The notes beneath the pieces were generated by a model. It searched no databases. It was not told the DNA's origin and worked only from the letters and a program-made list of their open reading frames with translations. Below are positions 25,645 to 39,881 of a stretch of DNA of 64,000 bases, piece by piece. A program made the position numbers and the translations under genes. The DNA comes from Adineta vaga (Eukaryota; Animalia; Rotifera). Within the stretch, counting starts at the first letter, position 1. Each line of letters opens with the position of its first letter. The stretch spans positions 7,316,001 through 7,380,000 of the forward strand of contig CP075497.1 in assembly GCA_021613535.1 (NCBI GenBank), written 5' to 3'.

Positions 25645-28600
25645 ATGTCTACCAGGTACAAAAAAAAGAAACGTTTTCTTTTGCGTTAAAAAATGATCTT
25701 GGTATTTTTAGCCCTGTGCCATCAGATCGAGTTCCTACGATAGATGAATCGTTAGAAGCCGATACGATTGTTTCTGTCACCCATGAACAACCAAAACAAA
25801 GTTTTACACGTCCTTTGAGAACTAAAAATGCTCATCGATCAGTTCCGACATTTACATCGATGTTAAGAACACCATCAGCAAGTGGTACTCGATTTTTTAG
25901 CAAGTAAGTAGATTTCCTAAAATCAAATCAATAAAAATGACATGGATTCTGTTTCAGTAAAATGCAACGAACGATAACAAATCGTCAGAAGGCAGAAATT
26001 CAATTAGAAAGTATTCTTAATGATCCTGAAGCGTCATTACCTGCATTTGCACGTCGTACTAGTAATAATTTTGATGACGAAATTTCTATTGAAGATGCAT
26101 CAAAACTACTCAATACTCAACCATTTATTATCAAACGTCTTGTTAATTCATTAAAATTTTCAAAGAATAATAAAGACATCGATGTTTTGGATAAAAGTCA
26201 AATACAAAAACTAACACGTGTATTAAATAGTACAATGGATGTTCGTGCACTTTTATTTTTCATGATGCTTGATGAAAGTGGAGATGGTTATGTTACTGAT
26301 ACTGAATTATCACAATTTTATGAAGAGTATTTCAAAGGCTTAAAAACATTTGATAATGAACGTTTACAAGAAGTTGATCAAGTATTACGTGAAAAATTTC
26401 ATCTTCATGATGCAAGTGAATATTTTCGATTCAATGAATAAATAATAAAGTTTTGTTTTTTGTTTGATAGAAGTCACGAATTGATTTTGAAGAATTTTAT
26501 TCGATTGTTACTAAAGATTCAATATTACTTGAATCTTTATCACAATTTACTGTGGATCCATCATGGTTTATTAAATCGGCATCACCAAAGCCAGAAAAAC
26601 AAACTATATTACAACGAATATTTGCGAATATATGTTGGCAACAATCTATTTATGAACAACAGAAAAAAAAATTAACGATGGATTATATTAAAGATAATAT
26701 CTCTCGTATTTTTGTTTTGATTCTTTATTTATTAGTCAACTTAGCATTACTTCTCTATGTTGTAATCTATCGTTCAACTGTAACAAAATCCAATGGTTTC
26801 GTCGTATTTGCACGAATCGGAGGGATGTTATTGAATTTCAATTGTGCGTTTATCATTGTACTAATGCTTAAACAAACAATTTTATTGATTCGAACGATTA
26901 AATTATTAAGAAAACTAATACCAGTTGATGATCATATTGATTTTCATCGAGTAGTTGGACGTGTCATTGCTGGTTTAGCTATTATACATACTATTGCACA
27001 TATGGCTAATTTTGGAATCATGACAGGTAAGATATAAAACAGTCCACTTTTCGATAACTTGATCCTATGAGTATGAATTATTTTATATGTTTTAGAACAT
27101 TCATGGGGAACTTATATGGTAAGTTTGGTTTCAATTTAGAATTCATTTTTCGAAAGAAATTTTTTAGTTTACTACTACTCCTGACATTGGATGGGTTGGG
27201 GGTTTTGCACCATTAAGTGGTGTCATTTTATGTATTCTTTTGGCTATTATCGTTATTTGTTCAATGCAATGGATTCGACGAGGTGGTCATTTTCAGGTAT
27301 GAATTATCATAGATATTAATAGATGATTTATTTTCTTTTATGTTAAAAGATTTTCTATTGGACACATTTATTATATCTTCCATTCTTTGTTTTTCTTATT
27401 GTTCATGCGGGCAATTTTTGGGTAAGTCTATTCTTATTCGATTAATTATTTCTTATATGAGTATGTTTAGAAATGGATTATTGGTCCTTTATCTTTATTT
27501 TTAATTGAAAAGGCCTATTCAATTTTAAAACGTTATTCTTCACATAGTGGTCTAACCTATGTTCGATCAATAACGATTGAACAATCTAAGGTGATCAGTT
27601 TAAATATTCATCGACCAAAGAATTTCACGTAAGATGATTTTACGAATTTTTGTCTTACAATCGTTTGATTGTCCGTTTGTCTAGTTTTAGACCTGGCGAT
27701 TATCTCACGATCAATATACCTAGTGTTGCATTGTATGAATTTCATCCATTTACGATTAGTAGTGCACCAGAAAATATTCATTATCTTACAATTCATATAC
27801 AAGCAGTAGGAAATTGGACTAAACGAGTTTACCAATATTTTCTTGATATGTCTGCGCAAGATGCGGAAGAAAATCAATTGAAAATTTTTCGCGCTGATCT
27901 TGATGGTGATCGCGAGCCGCTGAAATAGAAGAAAATAATCGAATTCCTATTGCTGATGCTAATAGCAGTGGATCGGATAGTGATACCAGTGATGATGATG
28001 ATGATAATACTTCTTCAAAAATTAAAGCAAGAGCAATGAAACGAGAACGTGTTATTATCAATGGTCCTTATTCTTCATGTGCACGCTATGTTTTTGATTG
28101 TAAACATGTTGTTTTGATTGGTGGTGGTATTGGTATTACACCTTATGCATCAATATTATCAAGTCTTATGGCACAATTTCGTGCATCACGTATTGTATGT
28201 AAAAATTGTGAACATATTAATTATTATAGCCGAGGTTTGATTGAAAATCGTCGTTTGAAAAAAGTCGATTTTATTTGGGTAAATCGTGATCAGAAAAATT
28301 TCGAATGGTTTCTTAATTTGCTTCGGCAATTTGAACAAGAACAAGAATATTATCTAGCATCGAATTCCGATGAAAAACGTTTTCTTGATATTCATTTATA
28401 TTTTACGGAAATTAAACATGATGAAAATATTGGTAATGCTCCATTAAATGTTGCAACAAAAGTTTGGGCAGAAATAACTAGAACAGATATATTCACAAGT
28501 TTACAATCGAAAACCCATATTGGTCGACCGAAATGGGAAGAAATATTTGATCAATTGGTTGCCGGTGAAAATGCTTCGACAGCGAATGATGTTAATGTAT

Positions 28601-28686
28601 TCTTTTGTGGACCTTCAACAATGGCACGCGCAATTCAAAACCATTGTGCAGAATATCGCTTTCGATTTTATGAAGAAAAATTTTAA
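25645..28686 (+). CDS. NOX5: NADPH oxidase 5-like (EF-hand NOX), with one apparent frameshift near 27914
   Basis: EF hand DESGDGYVTDTE; ARIGGMLLNFNC; haem histidines (DFHR..IHTIAH; WTHL..IVH); FAD site HPFTISSAP; NADPH site GGGIGITPYASIL; FFCGP; terminal FYEEKF. Confidence 0.92.
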
Positions 28687-29283
28687 ACCTTCTCGTCGTT
28701 TTTGTGCATGCAATTTGTTTTCCTTTTAATTGTATAAATCTATTCTAACGATTATGTTGCTTATCAATAATTAAGATACCTTATTTGTTTTTAGTTAGAG
28801 TTGCCTTCTAATTTATATGCATCATCATCATCATCATCATCATCATCGATCACCATATCAATATGATGAATTCGACTAGATTGAGAAATACAGATACAGA
28901 AAAGAAAAAGATATTTGTAAACACAAGTAGATGATGAAAAAAGAAGAAGAACAAGAAAAGAGTACTCGTACGTATACAATTCTAGAAGACAACAATATTG
29001 AATGATTAATTCAATCATTCTGAAATAAACTGCTGAAGATTATCATATACAATTGAAGACAGATAAACAAAGTCATCACACAAAACATTGAAATAAATAT
29101 GTACAATATTCGTGCACACATTGAAACGAAAAAAGAAGAAGAAAAAAACATCGAAAAATATTCGAACGGAAAAGAAAACAAAAGGCGTACGTTTAGGTAT
29201 ACACATGTTGAAGAACTAATTTAACAATACATACAGACATCTGACTACACCGTTTGTTCGATTCATTGTTATTCTATGCGATT

Positions 29284-31724
29284 TCATCTACCACCACTTG
29301 TAATATGTTGATGAAAATGTACACCTGGTGTAACTGTTATATCCGCAAATGCTTCCGTTTGTTCAACATCAACAGCTTGCAGTTTTTTCAAAACCAATAA
29401 TGTATAAAATTTTTGTGCTGTTAATTTTCTTGTATGATAATTTGGATTGCCCGATGATAAATGATCATGAAATGAAAGAGCATCAGCAGAATCAAATGCA
29501 CGTTCAAAAGCATTGAGCATTATTTTTGCACGACGATTTAATTTTTTACCAGATTCAAAATCCTACAAAATAATAAAGTATTGTTATCGATTATAGCAAT
29601 GGAGAATACATACTTCTTGAGCTGTCGTTGCTTGTCCATGCTCATCTTCATCATCATCTTGTTCTTCATGATTTTCTTTTGTTAAATGTCCCATACCCTT
29701 CTTACGACGCATATTGCCCGGTGTACGTGATGGAGACGGTGGTAATTGGTTCAATTCATGAACTTTTCGTCCACTTTTACGCGTTGGCGACATAGGACCA
29801 GGAATAACATCCATGAGATTATCCATTGATGTAGTCATAGGTGGAAAAAATAACGAATCTGAACGTTGATGTTTAGAAAGTTGATCTTCATCATTTGGAG
29901 ATAAACCACGTTTTCTTGAACGATTTGGTGAACTACTACCAGCACCGATAAATGATGGATCATGACCTAATACTTCAAGATAATGATGATGCGTAGCTCG
30001 CATTTGATCCATTGATGAATCATCTCGTTCACGTTCAAGTTGTTCCATAGCTAGATCATGCTGAATTTGATAATTGTCCGGTGGCATTTGATCTAATGAT
30101 TTTGTAATCAAATTACGTGTGATTAACTAAAAAGGTACAACAACAAAATAATAAATTTTCTATTCACAATCAGAAGTTATTATTTGTTACTTCTTGTAAT
30201 GTTTTTGAAAAGATCGAAGTAGCACTGAGTGAAAATAATTTTTCAATTCCACCAGTTTCTTTCAAATGCATTAGACGACGTGTGGGTGGTGCTAATTCAA
30301 GTACACCAACAATATCTGTTGTGTCGCTTAACTGTGTTTTCATTGATGCACTATCGATTTCTTTTACTTCATCGATAACTAATTTTCGTTTACGTTTAAT
30401 GGCTTGACGAACTGTTGATGTTTGAGCTGAAAAACAAACCGATGAAATTATATTTTAAATTATTCTATTTTCATGTTTACCTGCTGTAGAAATGGGTGGT
30501 AGAACGAATTCATCGGAAACATTCGATAAAAGTGTTGTATCATCAACACCTGGAATATGACCTTGTTCTATGTCCATTTGTTTATCGTCATTGACTGGTG
30601 CTTGATGATCATCAAGCATAGGTATGTCAGGAACATTTTCATCTTCTAAACAATGAGATTTAATATTAGATAATCAAAATGTTATTATTAAACTGTAAAA
30701 ACTTAAACTTACCATGAAACGGTGACATAACATGATCATATCGATCTTTTTCATTCGAAAGATCTGAATGATCACCTCCAATACCAATGACTGATGCTGG
30801 TGCAGCAACTAGAAAACAAAATCAACGAAAAATATGTTAAATATTGTGAGAAAAAAAGAGAAATTAAAACGTACAATCGCCAAAACCATCTAATGCAAAT
30901 GGATCATCACCGAGTGGTCGACTCATACTTTGTTCTTTGCGAATAATGGTATCTATTCAAATAAAATTATGTTTGAAAGAAAGAAAATAATGTATTTTCA
31001 TACTGTCTATATCCAAATTCGAATTCTGTGCATTCATATGTAATGATGGTTGTAGTTTACGAAAGAATTCAGGTTCATCAAGACCATTTGCATCACCTAA
31101 TCGAATAAGAGAAAAAAATAGATGAATATTGATCAAAAGAAAACAAAATTTCGTTCATTTACCAAAATCATCATCTAGTGGCATTGGTACGCTAATAAAA
31201 TCTTCCTTTAATGTTATTTCCTCTGCACGTGCTTGATGCATTTGAAAACGAGAAGGATCATCAATATAACTGAATGAAAGTAAATTATTTATGTTTGTCT
31301 TCGAATCAAAATCAACTTACTCGATATTGAGATCAATTAAATCGAAATCATGAAAATTTTCTGGTAATGTTATAGCAGCAATCGATACTTCTCGTGTATC
31401 AGAATCTTGTCCAGTATGATGATTGTTTGATCCTTCAATTCCAACCATACCTGGTCGAAAAGCCATTTTTATTTTAATGAATGCTTCATTACAATCGGCT
31501 AATAAATATTTTGTTTTACGAGAATAAATTCGTACAACACCAAGTAGTAAATGACCTTTTGTACGTAATGCTAATTTTAAACATGGTTCAAGAATTGATT
31601 CGCAACTAAGACGTATATCTGTTTCGAAGATTTGTGCTTTAGTTAATTTTTTATCCCAATGTGCTGCAAGCCAAAGTCGAGCTAATGGACCACGTTTGGT
31701 CAATATAGCATGCGTATAGAACAT
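29284..31724 (-). CDS. RAD21: Cohesin kleisin subunit RAD21
   Basis: N-terminal [27 protein letters not shown] and [20 protein letters not shown]; central [10 protein letters not shown] and LAPPTRRLM; C-terminal winged helix ([20 protein letters not shown]). Separase-type ExxR site EPEFFR. Confidence 0.96.
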
Positions 31725-32109
31725 GCTAACGGTATTAGAAAATTACCGTATGTAACAAGAAAATATGTCAATTGCTCAATGGCACTAAATATGAGATATT
31801 TATTATGTTCTTTGTTCTCTGTTGTCTGTCAGCGACATATTGACAGATGGTGATTAGAACTTTATCATGATGTCGAAATGAAAAATAAAACAGTAAAGAT
31901 ATATTTTAAAAAATAAGAAAATTTTCGATAAAATATTTATTCATGAAAAAAATATTGTCTTCTGAATTTTCTTAAATATTTAGAAACAAATGATAGATGG
32001 CGCACTTTTCCTTCTAACTTGTTTAGATATATAGCGGATAACTATAACCAATATGATGAAACGTTTTTTTTTCTTAATTTGAAATGCTTTCAAATAGAAA
32101 TGTTTTATT

Positions 32110-32792
32110 TTAGTTAACAGGAAGAATTGTTTCACGAGCAGGAAAACCAAGATCAAATGGTTCATCATCGGCTGGTGCATGATATGTATTAATAACTGTA
32201 TAACGATCGATACCTGCATCATTTTTTGTTGAACCATGTACAAGTTGATCAGAAAAAAAGATTCCTGTACCACGTTTCACGCTACATATAACAATATCAT
32301 CTTTATTGATATCATTATTGGCTATTTGAAAAACAAATTCACCATTTGGTAAAGCTTCATTGATCATTGTCCACTTCTTTTTATGACTACCACGAACGAC
32401 AGTCAATGTACCATTATCGCCAGTGGCATCATCGAATGGAATCCAAACTGAAAGTTTCGATCGAGTATTTGTCCAATAGAAACAATCCATATGCCAAGGT
32501 GTTGCAAAAGTTTTGTCGGCTGTTTTAACCACGATTTTATCACTTAAAAACATCACACCATCAGGCATAATCTTTTCTAAGATGTCTATTATATGTGGAT
32601 GTTTGTGAAATTGCTGATAGAGAGGACTGGCAACTGATGCATGTACAAAGACGGATCATCGGGTTTTGCTTTTTCATTTAAAATCTTCTTCGCTTCTAAT
32701 TTTAATTCATCACATTCGTCATCAGTAAATAAATCCGGAATAATAAGAAATCCTTCACGTTCATAACAATCAAGTATATTGTCAGATGACAT
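32110..32792 (-). CDS. PhyH-family Fe(II)/2-oxoglutarate dioxygenase, intronless, split by a 1-nt frameshift near 32656
   Basis: YEREGFLIIPDLF start; TPWHMDCFYW (HxD), SVWIPFDDA..DNG.L.VVRGSH, VHGS..N...DR. The two ORFs join if one base is added at ccc gat ga^ tcc gtc. Confidence 0.85.
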
Positions 32793-34675
32793 TGAATTGA
32801 AGTATAGTTAACTATATACACTCGACTTTTTCTTTACTTCTATTTAAATAAAGTTAGTTTATTTCTAGTATGCATAGCTGAATGGAGGATTAGATCTACC
32901 AATTACTTTTTTTCTATACCGATAATATACCATCGTAAAATGAAACATCTGTTAGCGTAACTAAGATGGTTTAATGTGGTTAGATTAAAAACTGTATTAG
33001 ATCGTCATCACAAGACAGTAAGAGATTGATTACACATCCTATAGAGCCCCAATTCGTAATAAATAAGTTTTGTCTGTATACTTTGTCAAATTCTATCTCT
33101 TTATCTACCATAATTTTACTACTCCATACAACAATGGGCACCGAATAAGATAAAGAATGCATGATATAAGAGATTTTTCTTATTTCAATTCTATATGAAT
33201 TGATGTAGTACTAAGAAAAATCCGAGGTCATTCTGAAGCATTATACATTGAAATTTTGAAAATGAATAGACTACGAAAACATTGCTTTTTTTCTCTTAGA
33301 AGAATCAGCTGATACAGTTACATTTAACTAGAATATATTTTACAATCAATTTAAGAAAATAGATGTGGAAATTGAATACTTGAGAGTGATGGAATGAATT
33401 CTTTTCCTTTTTTTACTTTGAATTGTTGGTCTCTCGGAATTATTCGATTCTGCATATATAAAACAATGTTCAACTCTACGGTTTGTTATGACTCAATAGA
33501 GAGACGAATGTAGTACATATCTGTCGATCAGTATATACATATGAGTGATTAAACGTATCGGTTGATCTTGTCTATAATTTGATGATGATTTTTATTCTGT
33601 TTTACACAATTGATATCTTTTTCTGAACAAATATGTGAAGATGTTAATACAAAAAAAACTAGTTCGATAAATAAATCATGAATGACATGGATTTTACATT
33701 ATTGGTACTATTGATCTATAACATAGTCCACATTTTCGCAGATAAAAATGCATTACTGTAACTTAACTTAAATGAATACATTTTTTTCTATGGATATGAT
33801 ATAATATTTTTGCAGTGTAAGAAGAAGAAGATTATTTTTGTTTCAGGAATAATTTCATTAGAGACACTTGTATAGTATCTCTATCACAAAATATTGTACA
33901 CTACTAACATATATGTATATATTTCATTATTGTACTGATTCTCTCTCTTTAGACAATGACATTTCATCTTTCTTAATCCAAACAAGTATTGTACATCGGA
34001 TTGATATTGCCAATGATCCAATCAAATCATACCAAGGTGTTTAATTATTAGACAAAAACATCAAACAAGATTTCTTTGTTCATTATGATTCTATTCAATC
34101 GATTATTATCATAATGTATAGAGATATGATGTGAAAAAAAAGTACACTAAGGTATTTTAATGAACTAATCATCAATTGATGTTAGAAAATGACATGCTGT
34201 TAAAGAGGATAATAACTACAGAAATAACCTATGACGGACGGTTTTTTCTATTCCACTGATAATATTCTCTTTTAGGTTTTTCTTTTTTAGTATAATAGAA
34301 CTTGTCGGTTAGATAAAGACAGATGTTTCACGATTATTTACAAATATCATAGGAAAAAAAAGGCACATCATTTCTCCACAGGATATGTATAATCACGATT
34401 ATAGACAGAATAATCAGACTGTCAGTCACCTTTTTCCTGATTCTTTCTTTCCTTATTCTCGTTGTCTGTATTATCCGTACATATCATGTCGAAAATCAAC
34501 ATCAATGCCTACGACACAATGATCTTTTTCTTCTTGAGATATGCCCAAGGTTTTCTCTTTTGTTATTATGTATTCCCTTCTTCTTCTTCTTCTCTTTTTT
34601 TCTTGATACCAAATAGTCACAATATACTAGGAGAATAACATTCATCTTCTACAGATAGAACAAGAATAACATCGA

Positions 34676-35438
34676 ATGGCTGATGTAAGTTTCTTGTTGA
34701 TATTATTTTCAATGAATGAATTTATTAATAAAATTTTTTATTTAGAAAAAAGCAAAAAAAGCTGCTCAACGAGCTAGTAGTAATGTTTATTCGATGTTTG
34801 AACAAAAACAAGTCCAAGAATTTAAAGAAGCATTTGGTTTAATGGATCAAGATCGAGATGGATCAATTTCATTAGATGATCTCAAAGAAGTCTATTCATC
34901 GTTGGGTAAAGCACCAAAAGAATCTGATTTGAAACAAATGCTTGAAGAAACTGGTGGACCAGTCAATTTCACGAAATTATTAACATTATTCGGTGATCGT
35001 CTTAATGGTTTGTTCGAAGATAGATTCATTTAATGCATTCAATAAGTTTTCTTCATTATCTTAGGTACTGATGCTGAAGACATTTTAATGAATGCATTCA
35101 AAACATTTGATGATGAAGGAAAAGGACAACTTAATCGAGATAAGTAAGATGGTCTATAATTGAATTTTATTTTTCATAACAAAAAAAACTTCTTTTTTGT
35201 TCACTAGTCTTCGTGAATTATTAACTGCGATGGGAAAACCTACAGAAAGACTATCTGATGTAGAGGTAAGAAACTGTTAAAAACAAAATCAACGATAATT
35301 TTCTTTTCTTTTCTTTTTATTTAATTCTTTGTATAGTTCACTCAAATGCTTGAAGGTGCCCCTGTGGATGGTAAAGGTCTTCTTGATTATGCAGCATTTA
35401 CAAAACTCATAAAACGTGGCAAAGAAGAAGATGAATAA
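34676..35438 (+). CDS. Myosin regulatory light chain
   Basis: MAD|[79 protein letters not shown]. Five exons. Confidence 0.95.
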
Positions 35439-35552
35439 ACTAATATCAATCACTTATTTCTCAATTTGTTTTTTACCTCTTTTTTTCCTCTAGATTTATT
35501 TTCAATTTTCTTTTTGATAGAATTTCAAATAAAATATAAGTTAGATTTTCAT

Positions 35553-37148
35553 TTAATAGACATAAGGAATAAGTGTATATTTTACATTCGTTATATATTG
35601 TTTATAAGCATCTTCTGTACATGTATTTCGAAGAGTACAATCGAAATAATGTGCTTTATAGATAGCCATACCGATGATATAGAATGTATAAAACCATGGT
35701 GCTAGATGACGTACACCGGCTGGTAATGTCCAACCGATGACCATGAATATTTCAGCTAAGAGATGAGGATTACGACACCATCGCCAACAACCACTAGTTA
35801 AAATTCGTTGCGTTTTATTCATCATAACAGAATCATCACCAGTCGAAGTATTTATTGCTTGAAATGTACTAATTAGACACAACTAATGTTTACTAACGAA
35901 GAGAAGAGAGAGAGAGATTTTAAAATTTACTCACACACGTTGATGTATAGAAAGTCGTTGCAATGCAAAACCAACTATGAACAAAATCATTGATAGAAGA
36001 AGAATATAGATATGAACAGGTTGATGACTTTTTCCAATGTAAAACTATAATTATAAAGATCACAATTATGTTTATTTCATTAGCGTACGTATGTGTCAAT
36101 AGACATACTGATGTTAATGTTGCCATAAATGGTACCCAACAAAGATTAGTAAAAATTGCATCGAAAGATGATGGTGGTGATATATCTAATGATTGACGTA
36201 TCATTGATGTTTCATTCGTAAATACATTAATAATGTAAATAGTTTGAAGAAGAATTGAAAGTGCAAAACGAACCGATATTTGACGATTATATTTTAAAAT
36301 TGTTAATAGTAAAAGAAAATTCAATGCAGGCCAAAGAATAATTCCTGGACGAATTGAAAGAAATAGATGAAAATCAAAGTTAGTTTGTTTCGGATGTTGA
36401 TTATGTCTATAATTCAATCATTAATTCGAATGTTATATATGAAATGATATACATACTCAAGATTTGGAATTGAACAATAACGAGAATACAATTTATTTGT
36501 TAACAAAATAATACTTAAAGTAAGTGTAAATCCAAGACTGAATAACGCCAGTAAATAATAAGATTTAGTTAATTCTCTCAATGGAATTTTCTCACGAAAA
36601 CTATACATTAGTAAACAGGTGATAATAAAGGCCAATAAACTATTGGAACGATGTTTATAATAAATACTCGGTTGAGATTCTTTAATATAGATAAGTTCTT
36701 CTGCACCCATATGTGGAAAATAACGAGCAAACATAAATTGTATTATGAACCATATGAGAAGATATTGAATGACTACGGAAGGATATTGTTGAAATCGTGC
36801 TTGTCTTATTGAACCTGTTGTATTATCAATATCTGGATGATAATGAAACCAATGCTGTATATATAAAAATATTGCTATCCATCCAAGTGATATAATCATA
36901 GAAGAAAATGATAGAGAACGATCAAGAAACATTTGTTCATTTCGCATTAAACTCAATTTCTTTGATGTTCGTTGAAATTTTTCTGGTAAATCAACATATT
37001 TTGATGGCAAAGCAATAACACTATCATCCAAAAATTGACAAACATACAGATTATCATCTGTATAATCGATAATACGAGCTTTATAATAATTTGATGTTGA
37101 CGGCCATTTTGCTAAGACCGATGTTCCGATTGGAATCAATGATGACAT
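35553..37148 (-). CDS. LBR: Lamin B receptor-like (N-terminal Tudor domain plus divergent ERG4/ERG24 sterol-reductase TM domain)
   Basis: Tudor GTSVLAKWPSTSNYYKARI..Y.CQFLD; RPGIILW; L.WVPF; LTSGCWRWCRNPH; KYTLIPYVY C-terminus. Four exons. Confidence 0.85.
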
Positions 37149-38535
37149 GGAAAATTGTTGTGTGTTTTTGTTTAATAGAAATTATATTCAGATTATACAT
37201 AGCAACGGCGCGTTTCATTTAAAGAAACATATCTATCTTCAAAATAATTACATAAGTTCTTTCATATTCTGATGGATAACCAGAGAAGAATACTAATTCA
37301 TAACACAATTGTTCGCATTGTGCTTCAATTATTTTCTTGTCTTTTTTTATTTTTGAGACAAATCGATTGGCATTTGATAGTCATGAACAACAAATAAAAG
37401 ATCAATATTGTCTTATAGAAGACTTTCCCTCACCATGAAAGAAAACTTTTATCATTAGAAGAGAAGGATACTACTTGGATAACTCAAAAATACTGTGAGA
37501 CGAGGAACAATTTATCCTTGATCAATAAAATTAGTTTGTTCATTTATAACAAATTGCTCATATATATTTGATTTATTGAAACAGTAATTTCCGAGCAAAA
37601 AAAGATTACATCTGTGCAAGAATATCACGTTGAAAATTTTTGATCAAACGGAGTAATTTAAAAGTAAATTTCATTGTAACAACCTAAAAAAAGATCGAAA
37701 TTTCAATTCAAAAAATAAATTTCAAGCAATAGTTTACCATGAAGATCGTTTGTGAAAAGGAGATAACTATTATTGTCAGAGTACTATAGAAACTGATTTT
37801 CTCTTCTTGATCAGTTGATTGATATTTAATCATCACAATAGTATTGAGAAACGCTTCAAAACACAATGAAATATATTGAAGAAAACCAAACCAAACAAAC
37901 TAATGCAAAGAAAAGAGATGATAGACTGAAAAATAAAACAGTCAATATCTTACTACATAAACTCCTATATGATGAATTAGATATATAACGATTAAACCAC
38001 AAGTATAGTAAATGAACGATAGAATGGCTGGTACTAAAAGACGAAGTCCTTGTCGATAATTACTATCTCTACCTTCAATCAATAGATGAATAGCAATTAT
38101 GAAGAGAATCACAGTTGAAATCTAAATATTTGTATTAATGTTAAAAACCAAAATTCGTCTTCAAACTTACCCATTGGTATACTAAAAGTGTTAGAAGATA
38201 TTTTCGTACGTGACAAATATTTCTATTCGTATGTAATGATGATGATACAATTTGACTTTCACCTGTTTCGGTAATGATCATCGACGAATCTTCTGTTAAT
38301 CTTTGATATCGCATTGTACACTTTGTTCTGAATGTCTGTTATACATGTGTATATCTCTATGCTTTTATTCAGACATTTTCTCATATTCGTTGTCAGTATG
38401 TTTGATGAATACCAACAGCTATACATATAATTTCATTTCTTAACAAAAATAACAAAAATGTTTTAATGTACGGTTTATATGTTTATTATCTTTAGAAAAC
38501 AATCATCATTTATAACTGTCAAGAATGATTAATGT

Positions 38536-39720
38536 TTAATTCATTGACAGTAAAATATTTAAATCATTTTCAGACATTTGAATTAAGAACTCGTCATGAA
38601 TTCTTTGCCGATTTTGATTTCGTTGTAGAAAGTCATCATGTCTTTTCAATGCTAAACGTGTAAATTTAACTATTTGAGGTTGTAATTCATAACGATATTG
38701 TTTGAGTAAGTGTTTTCGTTCTTGTTCATTCGATACATAACTTAAATGTGCATTATCAATTAATTTTTCATTCAAATATTCAGATGATATATCTCCAAAT
38801 GTTTGAGATATGATTGTTAGAAGATCTGTTATTCGATCGATATCAAGAACTTTAGATTTGAGTAAATTGATGATTAAGTCTCGATTAGAATTAATATCAA
38901 GTAGAAGAAATTCTTCTAAAATCCAATTGAATTGAAGGAGAAAAAAATCAGTGTTCTTTTCAGCTTGATATGCTAATTGATTAAATAGTTGCGAAAGAAG
39001 AATCCATTGATCTTGTATATCTTCTACTTGTAAAGTCATAGTAGTATCAGCGGTTATTGATGATAAAAGAGAATTTAGTTCGTGAAGAAGATTTGTTATA
39101 TCATTCATTTTTGTTTGAGAATTTTGAAATTTTGTTAAACTTTCATGAACTAAAATTTCACTTTTTCTGAGTAAATCAGGTAATTTTGTATTGATTGTCG
39201 TTTTATTTCCTTTCTTAATCAAAAGAAGAATTAATTTTAAATGAGTAGGGATATTTTGTAAGTGGATTTGAATACGATTGAAATCTTTATATATCTCGAT
39301 CAGAATATAACGTATTTTGTCAGTTAATTGAGAAATAGTTTGACGAAATGAATGAGGAGGTTTTATATATATCGTACATTGATTGGAATTGTTGAGAAGC
39401 GAAAAATCTGTTCTTGATGTATGAATGAGAAGAATATTTAGATAATTCGTAAGAATAGCATTGGTTAAAACATAATCTTGCCATTGATCAATCAAAATCT
39501 GATCATTTAGCTTCTTTTCAATTGTACTTCGAGTAGATATATTCTTCTTACTAACGTTATAGATATCATTCCTGATTGGATGTACTGTCATATAATTGTC
39601 CAGTGTTTCTCCAAGGATTGAACAGAATAAATTTAATAGAATCAAAGAAAATATACCAACTATATATGATTAAATATTGAAAATTTTATAATGAAAATAA
39701 AAAATGAAATACTTACTCAT
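38536..39720 (-). CDS. Secreted alpha-helical protein, cluster member A (short form)
   Basis: ATG A|gtaagt micro-exon at 39720 splices to give signal peptide MIGIFSLILLNLFCSILG. Core: QWQDYVLTNAILTNYLNILLIHTSRTDF..SFRQTISQL..IPTHLK..IQDQW. Confidence 0.8.
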
Positions 39721-39881
39721 GTTTAACATTATCAAAGGATGCGAAATTTATAAAGAAGAATATCGTAGATATATTCTAAAATCAAATAATACATACGATA
39801 TATGTTTTTGATTAAAAGAAAACTTCATTAATGATAAAACATGAAGATGAGATATTAATCTTTTTCTTTTTATTTATTTCT

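Noticed and set aside
6325-32792. Programmed ribosomal frameshifting as a common explanation for the three single-base frameshifts
   Set aside because: The sites share no slippery heptamer or downstream structure. Assembly error or null alleles are simpler explanations.
9672-32792. Decarboxylase and PhyH dioxygenase as one biosynthetic gene cluster
   Set aside because: They are more than 20 kb apart and separated by unrelated housekeeping genes.
33950-34040. Isolated exon-like segment upstream of the myosin light chain gene
   Set aside because: It could not be spliced convincingly to a start codon or to the downstream gene.
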